Shown: positions 25,178-32,764, counted from the first letter of the stretch. The stretch: 33,441 bases of DNA from Candidatus Woesearchaeota archaeon (GCA_016185955.1 JACPMQ010000071.1:1-33441); one strand, 5' to 3'. Notes: generated from the sequence alone by a model not told the origin. Translations and numbers: made by a program.

Positions 25178-25187
25178 TTTTAAATAA
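25178..25187 (+). promoter_or_regulatory. TATA-like box (TTTTAAATAA) upstream of the DUF460 gene
   Basis: Centred about 24 nt upstream of the ATG at 25207 in a divergent spacer. Position-based guess. Confidence 0.35.
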
Positions 25188-25206
25188 AGAAATATATTGC
25201 TGTCTG

Positions 25207-26400
25207 ATGGAAAAAAGGCTTCTTGTTGTCGGAATTGACCCTGGGACTACATTAGGCTATGCTGCGCTTGATTTGAACAAAGAGGTTATGGCATTAAAAT
25301 CCTCAAAAAACTTTGGATTGAATGAATTGCTTTTGGACATAACAAAAATAGGCAAAGTGATTGCAGTAGGCACAGACAAAGCAAAAATACCTCATTTAGT
25401 CCAGCTTTTTTCAGCCAAAACGGGGGCAAAAATCTTTCATCCAAACGATGATTTGAAGGCAGAGGAAAAGAAAAAATTGACGGAAAGCTTTGAAACTGCA
25501 AATTGGCACCAAAATGACGCATTAGCAAGCTCTCTTTTTGCATTTAACAACATAAAAGCCACTCTTGACAAGATTGAGGGCTTTGTTGAGGATAATAACA
25601 AAAATTCAATCAAGGAAAAGATAACTGAACTTGTGCTAGCTAAAGGGCTAAGCATAAAGGAAGCTGCCTCGCTTATAGAAAACAAGGATTCTGAGGAAAC
25701 TGAAATAATAAAGAAGGTAGTTGAAGAAAATAAGATGACCCAAAATGATTTTATGAGGCTTTACCGCATAATAAAAAGGCATGAAAGAGAAAATTATCTC
25801 CTTAAAAGGCAAAATAACAATCTTAAAAACTATGTTAAAGCTCTGGAAAAAAGGCTTAATTACGCAAAAAAAGAGCATAGTGAAGGTATTAGCAAGAAAG
25901 ATGGCAGAAATATCAAAGAAATTTTGCTGAAAGAAAAAGGCATTAATTTTCTTCAAAACAGATTAAATATGTCAGAAGAAGATGTAAAAAAATCCGCTTT
26001 AGACATTAAAAAGCTGAATTGCATGCTCTCAAAATGCAATAGCTCTTTTATATTAAAGAAATTAGACAACCTCGGCAGATTAGAGTTTGAAAGGAAAAAA
26101 GAATTGCTTAACATAGAAAAAGATGATATTCTTCTTGTAGAAAACCCAAGCATAATAAGCGAAAATGTCATGGCATTTTTAAAAGACAAAGTCAGCATTA
26201 TACTTACAAAAAACCCTATAAGCGGCAAAATAAGGGAAAAATATTCCTTTTCGTTTGTAGATTGTAAAAAAATAAGGATGGAAGATGGTGATTTTTTTGC
26301 TATTGCGCCAAAAAAAGAAATTCAGGAGCTGTTAAAAGATAGCAATGTCCTAAAAATGCTAATAGAAGATTATAAAAAGCACAGAGAAGGTAACTGCTAA
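25207..26400 (+). CDS. DUF460 / COG2433-like protein: N-terminal RuvC/YqgF (RNase H fold) nuclease-like domain plus coiled coil
   Basis: LLVVGIDPGTTLGYAALDL...VIAVGTDK resembles the first RuvC/RNase-H acidic motif (GIDPG). The middle is heptad-rich (LLKRQNNNLKNYVKALEKRLNYAKKEH). The last four codons lie in element B. Confidence 0.6.
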   Translation: MEKRLLVVGIDPGTTLGYAALDLNKEVMALKSSKNFGLNELLLDITKIGKVIAVGTDKAKIPHLVQLFSAKTGAKIFHPNDDLKAEEKKKLTESFETANWHQNDALASSLFAFNNIKATLDKIEGFVEDNNKNSIKEKITELVLAKGLSIKEAASLIENKDSEETEIIKKVVEENKMTQNDFMRLYRIIKRHERENYLLKRQNNNLKNYVKALEKRLNYAKKEHSEGISKKDGRNIKEILLKEKGINFLQNRLNMSEEDVKKSALDIKKLNCMLSKCNSSFILKKLDNLGRLEFERKKELLNIEKDDILLVENPSIISENVMAFLKDKVSIILTKNPISGKIREKYSFSFVDCKKIRMEDGDFFAIAPKKEIQELLKDSNVLKMLIEDYKKHREGNC

Positions 26401-26654
26401 TAGAACTATTATCCGAAAAGATGGGTTTTTGCGAATTCTTATTCGTGCTTGTGCGGAGCCTTAACTACGAAAATTCCACCGCTTTTGCGGTGGAATTTTC
26501 GCAATGACAAAAACGATAAACCACGCATTTGGCATCGTTTTGCCTTAACCACGGCTTGTCACTATCAAATTGCGCACAAGCACTGAATTCGCAAAACCCA
26601 TCTTAAGGCTTTGTCATGGCACAGACGGACTTGTCGGACAAAGCTCTGTTAGCA
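26391..26654. repeat. Element B: 264-nt multi-tier foldback paralogous to element A, carrying an internal F1 hairpin
   Basis: 26418-26438 pairs with 26585-26604 (20 bp plus one bulged T). 26445-26455 pairs with 26573-26583 (11/11, identical sequence to A). The outer pairing is 26395-26407 with 26643-26654. Internal hairpins are 26468-26501 (15 bp) and AAAACGAT/ATCGTTTT. Confidence 0.8.
26468..26501. repeat. F1 hairpin copy f (CGAAAATTCCACCGC-TTTT-GCGGTGGAATTTTCG), nested in element B
   Basis: Perfect 15-bp stem with a 4-nt loop. Confidence 0.85.
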
Positions 26655-26672
26655 TATACTTTCCATGTAAAC

Positions 26673-26682
26673 CTTTATAAAT
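26673..26682 (+). promoter_or_regulatory. TATA-like box (CTTTATAAAT) upstream of the MoxR-like gene
   Basis: Centred about 34 nt upstream of the ATG at 26712 and downstream of element B. Position-based guess. Confidence 0.35.
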
Positions 26683-26711
26683 TTCTATGGCTTACATACC
26701 TATTTTTAAAA

Positions 26712-27644
26712 ATGATAAGCCAAGAATTAAGTGATATATTATTGGGCAGGAATGAGCCTTTTGATGAAATAATCGGGCAAGATCCAGTAAAATTAGCTGT
26801 AAAGTCTGCATTATTGTCCAATAGACACATAGTATTAGTTGGCGCTCCGGGAATTGGAAAAACTACGCTGGCAAAAAATATAGCAAAGCTCATCGGCAAA
26901 AAAACTCCTTTTGTCAGAATTCAGGGCAGTCCAGACTTAACCGTAGAAGATTTATTAGGAGATATTGATCCAATTAAGGCTTTGAAATATGGGCCTTTAA
27001 GCATTGAAGCATTCACAAAAGGCAAAATCTTTAAAGCTGATAAGGGAGTATTGTTCTTTGATGAATTAAATAGATGCCCTGAAAAGGTGCAGAACGCTCT
27101 TCTGCAGGTTTTAGAGGAAAAAAAGGCTACTATAGCAAGCTATGACGTTGATTTTGATGTTGATTTTGTGTTCATAGCAACAATGAACCCAGAAGATTCT
27201 TCAACGGAAAAGCTTTCAGATGTTCTTTTAGACAGGTTTGATTTAATATACATGAATTATCCTGAAACAATAGAAATAGAAAAGCAAATAGTATTAAAAA
27301 AAGGCAAAAGGCTTAATGACGCAAAAGTAAGTGACAATCTTTTGGAAATTATGATATATTTTATAAGATTGCTGCGGGAAGACAAAAACCTTGAAAAGAA
27401 GCCTTCTGTGAGGGCTTCCATAGGATTGTATGAGAGGTCGCAGTCAAACGCAATTTTAAATGGCAGAAAAACAGCAACTCTTGAAGACTTAAAGTGCGTT
27501 GTTGTTTCAGTTCTCGCGCATAGAATAAGGCTAAAGCCATCTGTGAAATATCTCCAAGCTGCAGAAACTTATATAAGCAGCCAGTTTGAAAAAAATATTT
27601 TGGATAATGATGCATTAGAAGAAAAAACAGGTGATTTACTTTGA
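26712..27644 (+). CDS. MoxR/ChlI-type AAA+ ATPase
   Basis: Walker A LVGAPGIGKTTLAK, Walker B VLFFDELNR and sensor region FIATMNPED...LLDRFD. I chose the ATG at 26712 (MISQELSD...), because the ORF-track start at 26616 lies inside element B. Confidence 0.85.
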   Translation: MISQELSDILLGRNEPFDEIIGQDPVKLAVKSALLSNRHIVLVGAPGIGKTTLAKNIAKLIGKKTPFVRIQGSPDLTVEDLLGDIDPIKALKYGPLSIEAFTKGKIFKADKGVLFFDELNRCPEKVQNALLQVLEEKKATIASYDVDFDVDFVFIATMNPEDSSTEKLSDVLLDRFDLIYMNYPETIEIEKQIVLKKGKRLNDAKVSDNLLEIMIYFIRLLREDKNLEKKPSVRASIGLYERSQSNAILNGRKTATLEDLKCVVVSVLAHRIRLKPSVKYLQAAETYISSQFEKNILDNDALEEKTGDLL

Positions 27645-28818
27645 CAGCTCGCAAAATATACGGGAAAAAGAGGATATAGAAGAGCTGAATGCAAGCCTTT
27701 CTTTCCAGAATGCAGAAAACAAGTTGATGCACTCTATTCTTGAAAATGATAAGGAAACTATAGAGCAAGGCAAGCTTATAGAAGATTCTTTAAATCAGGG
27801 AATGAGCTCTTTCACTCCTGACTTAGTTTACCAGCAGATTGTAAAAAATTATGCTATTGCAAAGAATATTTTCGGCCCTTCTCTCATTAAGCTGGCTTCA
27901 GGCTATAATCCTGATTATATTGAAAAAAATATTAATATCCCTGAATTTAGAAAAGAGCTTAAGTCAAGAATAGAGAAAACTGCGGAGATGCTTAAAGAAA
28001 AAGGCTTGCTTGAGAAAGATAATTCTATAAGTGAAAAGGGAATTGAGCTTTCCTCGCTGATTTTATATTTTGAAGAAATTGACAAGATAATGCCTAAAGG
28101 AATTTTAGGGGAAAAAATGCATAAAAAAGCCTCTATTTACGGCTCAAAAGAAGATTATCGAAACTATAAAAAAGGCGACAGATATAAGGACATAGCAATT
28201 AAAAAATCAGCAAAATTGTCAATAAGAAGAGGGCATAAAAAACTTGAAACTGCAGATTTAAAGGTTTATGAAAGGCAGAGCAAAGGGCAGAGCTATATTA
28301 TTTATGCTTTAGACGCTTCTGGAAGCATGAAAGGGGCAAAGATAGATGCGTGCAAGCGCGCTGGAGTTGCTTTGGCATACAAGGCAATAAGCGAAAAAGA
28401 TAAAGTTGGATTGATTATTTTTGGCTCGGAAATAAAAACTATTGTCGAGCCTACTGATGATTTTCCTTTTTTGCTGAAAAATATTGCTGCTGCAAGAGCC
28501 TCTAAAGAAACTAACATAGTGGCTGCATTAAAAAAATCAATAGAGCTTTTTCCGAATGAAAACATAACAAAGCACTTGATTCTTATAACAGATGCATTGC
28601 CAACAGCAGGGAATGAGCCTGAAAAAGAGACATTGCAGGAAGCTTCCATTGCAAGAAACAAAGGCATTACTATATCTATTATAGGAATTGGCTTAAATGA
28701 GAATGGAAAAAAACTGGCTGAGAAAATAGCTGAATTAGGAAGCGGAAAACTTTATGTTGCCAAGGATATTGAAAATGTTGACAGCATTGTATTGGAAGAT
28801 TATTATTCTATTAGCTAA
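27631..28818 (+). CDS. von Willebrand factor A (vWA) domain protein with helical N-terminal region
   Basis: MIDAS motif IIYALDASGSMKG, then LILITDALPTAG and ISIIGIGL. It overlaps the MoxR stop (GTG start; the exact start is uncertain). MoxR-vWA is a classic pairing. Confidence 0.8.
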   Translation: MIYFDSSQNIREKEDIEELNASLSFQNAENKLMHSILENDKETIEQGKLIEDSLNQGMSSFTPDLVYQQIVKNYAIAKNIFGPSLIKLASGYNPDYIEKNINIPEFRKELKSRIEKTAEMLKEKGLLEKDNSISEKGIELSSLILYFEEIDKIMPKGILGEKMHKKASIYGSKEDYRNYKKGDRYKDIAIKKSAKLSIRRGHKKLETADLKVYERQSKGQSYIIYALDASGSMKGAKIDACKRAGVALAYKAISEKDKVGLIIFGSEIKTIVEPTDDFPFLLKNIAAARASKETNIVAALKKSIELFPNENITKHLILITDALPTAGNEPEKETLQEASIARNKGITISIIGIGLNENGKKLAEKIAELGSGKLYVAKDIENVDSIVLEDYYSIS

Positions 28819-29488
28819 AGTGCAGTGCGTCCTTTATTCTTTGCATTAAACCTCCTTCTTTTTGAACTTTTAATCTTTCTGGTGCTAATAAATATTCAGG
28901 GTTTCCGATTATTATAAAGTCTCTAAAGCCTCTAAAACCGACATATCCTTCTGGCTGGATTCCTAATCTATTCATAAAAGAACTCATAACTATTCTACCT
29001 TGTGCATCCAATTCCAGCGTAGAACATTCCATTCCAGAAAACGTAGTACCTACTTGTTTTTCCCTCTCAACTCCAGCTTTTTCCAAATAAAGTTTCCAAT
29101 CAAAAAATGCGTAGCCAATTAAAAATTCCATACTCCCTAATTTTCTTGCGGTTATATAGATTCTTGAATTTATTTTGCTAATATCCGCAATGTGTTCAGG
29201 CTCATTTAATATTTGCACTAAATTTTTTTTGTATCTGTCGCTGTCTTCCTTTCTTCCTGCTGTATCTATCACTCCTATTATTTCCCTACTCAAATAGATG
29301 CCCTTTTTTTCATATCTAAAAGGTGAGCTATCATGACCTAAATGAGCTACATAAAAGGCATTTCTTCCCGCAATTACCTTTCTAAAATCTTCTGGTATGA
29401 TAACTCTACGTTTCCCATCCAATAAACCAATGTTTAATTGTCTGGGATATTCGGGCATTGCATCAACTTCATAAAGTGTGGTATTCAT
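28811..29488 (-). CDS. Hypothetical protein with two MraZ / SpoVT-AbrB-like DxxxR motifs
   Basis: LLDGKRRVIIPEDFRKVI and LELDAQGRIVMSSFMNRLGI resemble the duplicated MraZ motif (LDxKGRxxxPxxxR). However, the spacing (about 140 aa) and length (225 aa) exceed canonical MraZ. The coding call is reasonably safe and the family call is tentative. Confidence 0.4.
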   Translation of the reverse strand: MNTTLYEVDAMPEYPRQLNIGLLDGKRRVIIPEDFRKVIAGRNAFYVAHLGHDSSPFRYEKKGIYLSREIIGVIDTAGRKEDSDRYKKNLVQILNEPEHIADISKINSRIYITARKLGSMEFLIGYAFFDWKLYLEKAGVEREKQVGTTFSGMECSTLELDAQGRIVMSSFMNRLGIQPEGYVGFRGFRDFIIIGNPEYLLAPERLKVQKEGGLMQRIKDALHFS

Positions 29489-29586
29489 AACAGTGTTGAA
29501 ATATATTCACTTTATTAATCTTTCTATCTTTTACCATCTATAAGTAACTACATAAATATTTATAACCCCTAAAATTATAGTCCAAA

Positions 29587-30195
29587 ATGAAACTTTTAGC
29601 ATTCACGGATTTGCACTTGTCATCTAATGCGTTCAAGAAAATCAAATCAAAGGCAAAAAGCGAAAATCCCGAATTATTGGTATGCGCAGGGGATATTTCT
29701 ATTTTCGAGCAGGGCATCGATTTTATGCTCAATAAGCTGAATAAGCTCAAGAAAAAAATATTGATGATAAACGGCAACCATGAGAATGCGAGCATACTTA
29801 AAAAATTGTGCAGAAAATACAAGAATATAATTTTTATCCACAAAAAATATTATAAGCATAACAATCATGTTTTTTTAGGTTATGGCGGCAGCGGATTTTC
29901 ATTAATAGAGCCGGATTTTTACAAAACAGCAAAATATTTTAAAAAAGTAATAAATAGAAACAGGAATAAAAAAATAATTTTGGTGACGCATGCTCCGCCT
30001 TACAAGACAAAACTTGATTTAATAGTGGGGAGCCATTGCGGCAACAAAACTCTAAGAAGGTTTATAGAGAAAAATAAAATTGATTTGAATATATGCGGGC
30101 ATTTGCACGAGAATTTTGGAAAAAGGGACTATATAAAAAAAACTTTTATTATAAATCCGGGTCCTTATGGGAAGATGATAAAAAATTTGCAATGA
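29587..30195 (+). CDS. Calcineurin-like metallophosphoesterase
   Basis: Motifs in order: FTDLH, AGDIS, NGNHEN, VTHAPP and GHLHE. Confidence 0.8.
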   Translation: MKLLAFTDLHLSSNAFKKIKSKAKSENPELLVCAGDISIFEQGIDFMLNKLNKLKKKILMINGNHENASILKKLCRKYKNIIFIHKKYYKHNNHVFLGYGGSGFSLIEPDFYKTAKYFKKVINRNRNKKIILVTHAPPYKTKLDLIVGSHCGNKTLRRFIEKNKIDLNICGHLHENFGKRDYIKKTFIINPGPYGKMIKNLQ

Positions 30196-30230
30196 CACTA
30201 ATCACACTAATCGCAGATTTTTTAGTGTCC
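30194..30230. repeat. F2 hairpin copy d (degenerate 5' arm with CACTAATC duplication)
   Basis: GACACTAATCACACTAATC-GCAGATTTTTTAGTGTC. The 3' arm is intact, and the 5' arm keeps only GACACTAA plus TCGC. It lies between convergent genes and touches both stop codons. Confidence 0.7.
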
Positions 30231-31207
30231 TAAAAATCCATTTTTCTGTCTTTATAATCCTCTCTTGCCAATAATGCCACTCTGCTTTCCTCTTTAAAAT
30301 CAATTATCTTATAAGAAGAATTTTGCTCTATTTTTCTTGCAAATTCCATTATTTCATGATGATAAGGCATGTTTTCAATTTCCAGTCTTTCTTGGCTATG
30401 CCCTACCCACACATAACCCTTGCATTCGATAAACATCGGCTTGTATTTTTCTGCAAGTTCTGCATATTTTTCAGGAGCAACAAAATTAAAGCCTTTTGTT
30501 AAAGTAAGCCTCATAACATTCCTATTGAATTTATGCATCATTGACAAGCTTTTTTGGAGTTTTTCCCATGCGTCCTTTGTTATAGGATTTGCAGTTTTTT
30601 GGTGTATTTCCTTATTTGGACCGTAAACACTAATGTATAACTGAGTTGGTTGGTGCCCAATAAGCCTTTCCACCATTTCAGGAATTGTGCCATTGGTGAC
30701 CAAAAATGCTGTCATCCCTTTTTCTTTGATGTAGTCTATCATTTCAGGCAATCTTGGATACATTGTAGGCTCTCCTGTCAGGCTAATTGCAAAATGCAAT
30801 GGCTTCTGCATTTCTTTTAATTTAGACTCAATTGCTTTTTGATTGCCTTTAAAGCCCTGCAAAAGCTCCACATGAGACTTAATGCACTCATCAACAATAA
30901 ATTTTGGCTCATCTACAGGACCTTGCCATTTAGGCCATATGTAGTCTATATCGCGCCAGCAGAAAACGCATCTGTGATCGCAAAAAAATGTGGGGCTCAT
31001 TTGAATGCAGCGCCAGCTTTCTATGCCATAAAAAGTATTTTTATAGCAGACATCTTCCCCTTTTATGGCTTTTTTGCAGTAAGCGCATATTTTAACAGCA
31101 GAATGATTGCCAACTAATCTGTAGCCTTCTGTATATCTTTTCTTGTTTTTTATCTCCTTTTGTTCCTGTTGTTCCTGTATAACGTTTAATGTGAGTGGCA
31201 TATACAA
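30230..31207 (-). CDS. taw1: tRNA 4-demethylwyosine synthase (radical SAM, Taw1/TYW1)
   Basis: Radical-SAM cluster motif CDHRCVFCWR with upstream cysteines (CAYC...C) for the auxiliary cluster. Also SLTGEPTMYP and a typical Taw1 length of about 325 aa. Confidence 0.85.
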   Translation of the reverse strand: MYMPLTLNVIQEQQEQKEIKNKKRYTEGYRLVGNHSAVKICAYCKKAIKGEDVCYKNTFYGIESWRCIQMSPTFFCDHRCVFCWRDIDYIWPKWQGPVDEPKFIVDECIKSHVELLQGFKGNQKAIESKLKEMQKPLHFAISLTGEPTMYPRLPEMIDYIKEKGMTAFLVTNGTIPEMVERLIGHQPTQLYISVYGPNKEIHQKTANPITKDAWEKLQKSLSMMHKFNRNVMRLTLTKGFNFVAPEKYAELAEKYKPMFIECKGYVWVGHSQERLEIENMPYHHEIMEFARKIEQNSSYKIIDFKEESRVALLAREDYKDRKMDF

Positions 31208-31258
31208 TAACCAGGTAATACCAAAACATATTTAAATTTTTACTATAAGCCATTATGC

Positions 31259-31774
31259 ATGGAATTGAAATCTGCACTGGAAAAATTGAAAAAAAGCACA
31301 GAATTTCTTGAGTGGAGCAAAGAAAACACAAACAATTTTTTCTCGTATGCCTTTCAAATTCCTGAAGAGAACAAAGAAGACTGGCAGCTTGGCTTTTACC
31401 AGAAATCCACTGACAAAATGACTACATTTATTGTAGGAGCAACTTTAATTACAATTCGCAAAGATGAAGAGATATTCAAAAAACCAGATATGGAATTAAT
31501 TCCAATTGACGTGAAAAAGGTAAAGGTTTCATTTAATAAAATATCTAAAAAAGCGATAAATTTTCAGAAAGAAAACTATCCTAAGGAATTAATAAGCAAA
31601 ACAATAGCAATACTCCAGAACCTTAAGGAATGCGGGGACCACTGGAATATCACTTATATTACGCATTCCTTTAACGCATTAAACATAAAGGTAAATGCTG
31701 AGAATGGAGAGGTAATAAGCCATAGCTTGGATAATTTTATGGATTTTATTAGCAGCAAAAACAAAAAAGAATAA
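31259..31774 (+). CDS. Hypothetical protein
   Basis: 171-aa ORF with composition typical of this window's genes and no motif I recognise. Confidence 0.5.
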   Translation: MELKSALEKLKKSTEFLEWSKENTNNFFSYAFQIPEENKEDWQLGFYQKSTDKMTTFIVGATLITIRKDEEIFKKPDMELIPIDVKKVKVSFNKISKKAINFQKENYPKELISKTIAILQNLKECGDHWNITYITHSFNALNIKVNAENGEVISHSLDNFMDFISSKNKKE

Positions 31775-31800
31775 TTTGCGGAAACTTAATTTTTTTGAAA

Positions 31801-32232
31801 ATGGCAATTAAAATAAAAATGATAAAGATTTCAGACGTTCCCACTCCGAGCTATGCGCATAAAGGGGACTCAGGAGTTGACCTTTATGCTGCAGAAGAGC
31901 ATATTTTAAAGCCTATGGAAAGAAAATTGATTCCTACTGGATTAAAGCTGGAAATACCTTATGGCTATGAAGGGCAAGTAAGGCCAAAAAGCGGGCTTGC
32001 TATGCATCATGGAATAAGCCATGCAAACGCTGTTGGCACAATTGACAGCTCATACAGGGGAGAAATAAAAGTGCCTTTGATAAATTTAAGCAATAAGATT
32101 TATAAAGTAGAAAAGGGAAAAAAAATAGGGCAGATGGTATTTATTAAGGTTGAGGAAGCTGTATTTGAGGAAACTGATGAATTGGAAAAAACCACAAGGA
32201 ATGAGTCTGGTTTTGGAAGTACGGGAATTTAA
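31801..32232 (+). CDS. dut: dUTP diphosphatase (trimeric dUTPase)
   Basis: GDSGVDLYA, RPKSGLA, GTIDSSYRGEI, GQMVF and RNESGFGSTG are the five dUTPase motifs in order. ATG at 31801; the ORF-track start is a TTG. Confidence 0.9.
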   Translation: MAIKIKMIKISDVPTPSYAHKGDSGVDLYAAEEHILKPMERKLIPTGLKLEIPYGYEGQVRPKSGLAMHHGISHANAVGTIDSSYRGEIKVPLINLSNKIYKVEKGKKIGQMVFIKVEEAVFEETDELEKTTRNESGFGSTGI

Positions 32233-32404
32233 AAGGGGTGCAAAAATGACAGTAAGCTATAAGACAATGAGGAAAAACAAGAGATTGGATGAGTTTAATG
32301 AAACAGCAGAAGCAGCAGTGGCAGAAGGAGAAGAGAAATGACTTACTTACTTTAAAGTAGTTAAGTAGGAAAAATTTAAAAATACTGAGAAATAACCTGT
32401 TCTT

Positions 32405-32764
32405 ATGCCATTATTAAAATCCAAAAGAGCAGAAGCAATAACCATAATATTAGTCACTTTGATGATTGTATTATTCCTAGGGTGGTTCATTAATTTTAAC
32501 TCTAAGGAGTGCAGATCAAACTCGCAATGCAAAAAAGGGGAATATTGCGGCAGTGATTTTTCTTGCCACTCTATTCCAATAGTTGAGAAAGAAGTTAAAA
32601 GCTACAATCTTGTCCTGCCTGCTTTTATTCTCGGCATTGCAATAGTAATCTCAGCTTGGCTTATAAAATCCAAAAATCGCCCTTTTAAAAGGGACAATCC
32701 AAAATTGCGTTACCATCCAGAAGAGCCGCAGCAAGAGCAATGGCCTCTTTTAAAGGCACCATAG
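32405..32764 (+). CDS. Small membrane protein with Cys-rich loop between two TM helices
   Basis: TM1 is AITIILVTLMIVLFLGWFI, the loop is ECRSNSQCKKGEYCGSDFSCH, and TM2 is LVLPAFILGIAIVISAWLI. Confidence 0.5.
   Translation: MPLLKSKRAEAITIILVTLMIVLFLGWFINFNSKECRSNSQCKKGEYCGSDFSCHSIPIVEKEVKSYNLVLPAFILGIAIVISAWLIKSKNRPFKRDNPKLRYHPEEPQQEQWPLLKAP

Noticed and set aside
11658-26501. F1 hairpins (TTCCACC/GGTGGAA) as archaeal origin recognition boxes (ORB) / a replication origin
   Set aside because: The arms superficially resemble the TTCCA..TGGAA dyad of ORBs. However, the copies are dispersed over 15 kb at gene ends rather than clustered around an AT-rich unwinding element. No orc1/cdc6 gene is nearby, and the arms are separated by variable loops.
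20671-26654. Elements A and B as integron attC sites / a gene cassette array
   Set aside because: They are imperfect palindromes at gene 3' ends, but they are larger than typical attC sites and their ends do not fit RYYYAAC / GTTRRRY cores. The enclosed genes run in both orientations, and no tyrosine recombinase is present in the window.
26616-26711. N-terminal 32 codons of the ORF-track MoxR ORF (MAQTDLSDKALLAYTF...)
   Set aside because: This stretch overlaps the 3' arm and hairpin of element B and precedes a TATA-like box. The conserved AAA+ protein begins naturally at the ATG at 26712.
32150-32341. 63-aa ORF overlapping the dUTPase 3' end (a possible 31-aa ORF from the ATG at 32246)
   Set aside because: The first half overlaps dut in another frame. 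The remaining 31 codons have no supporting signal, so I did not annotate it as a gene.
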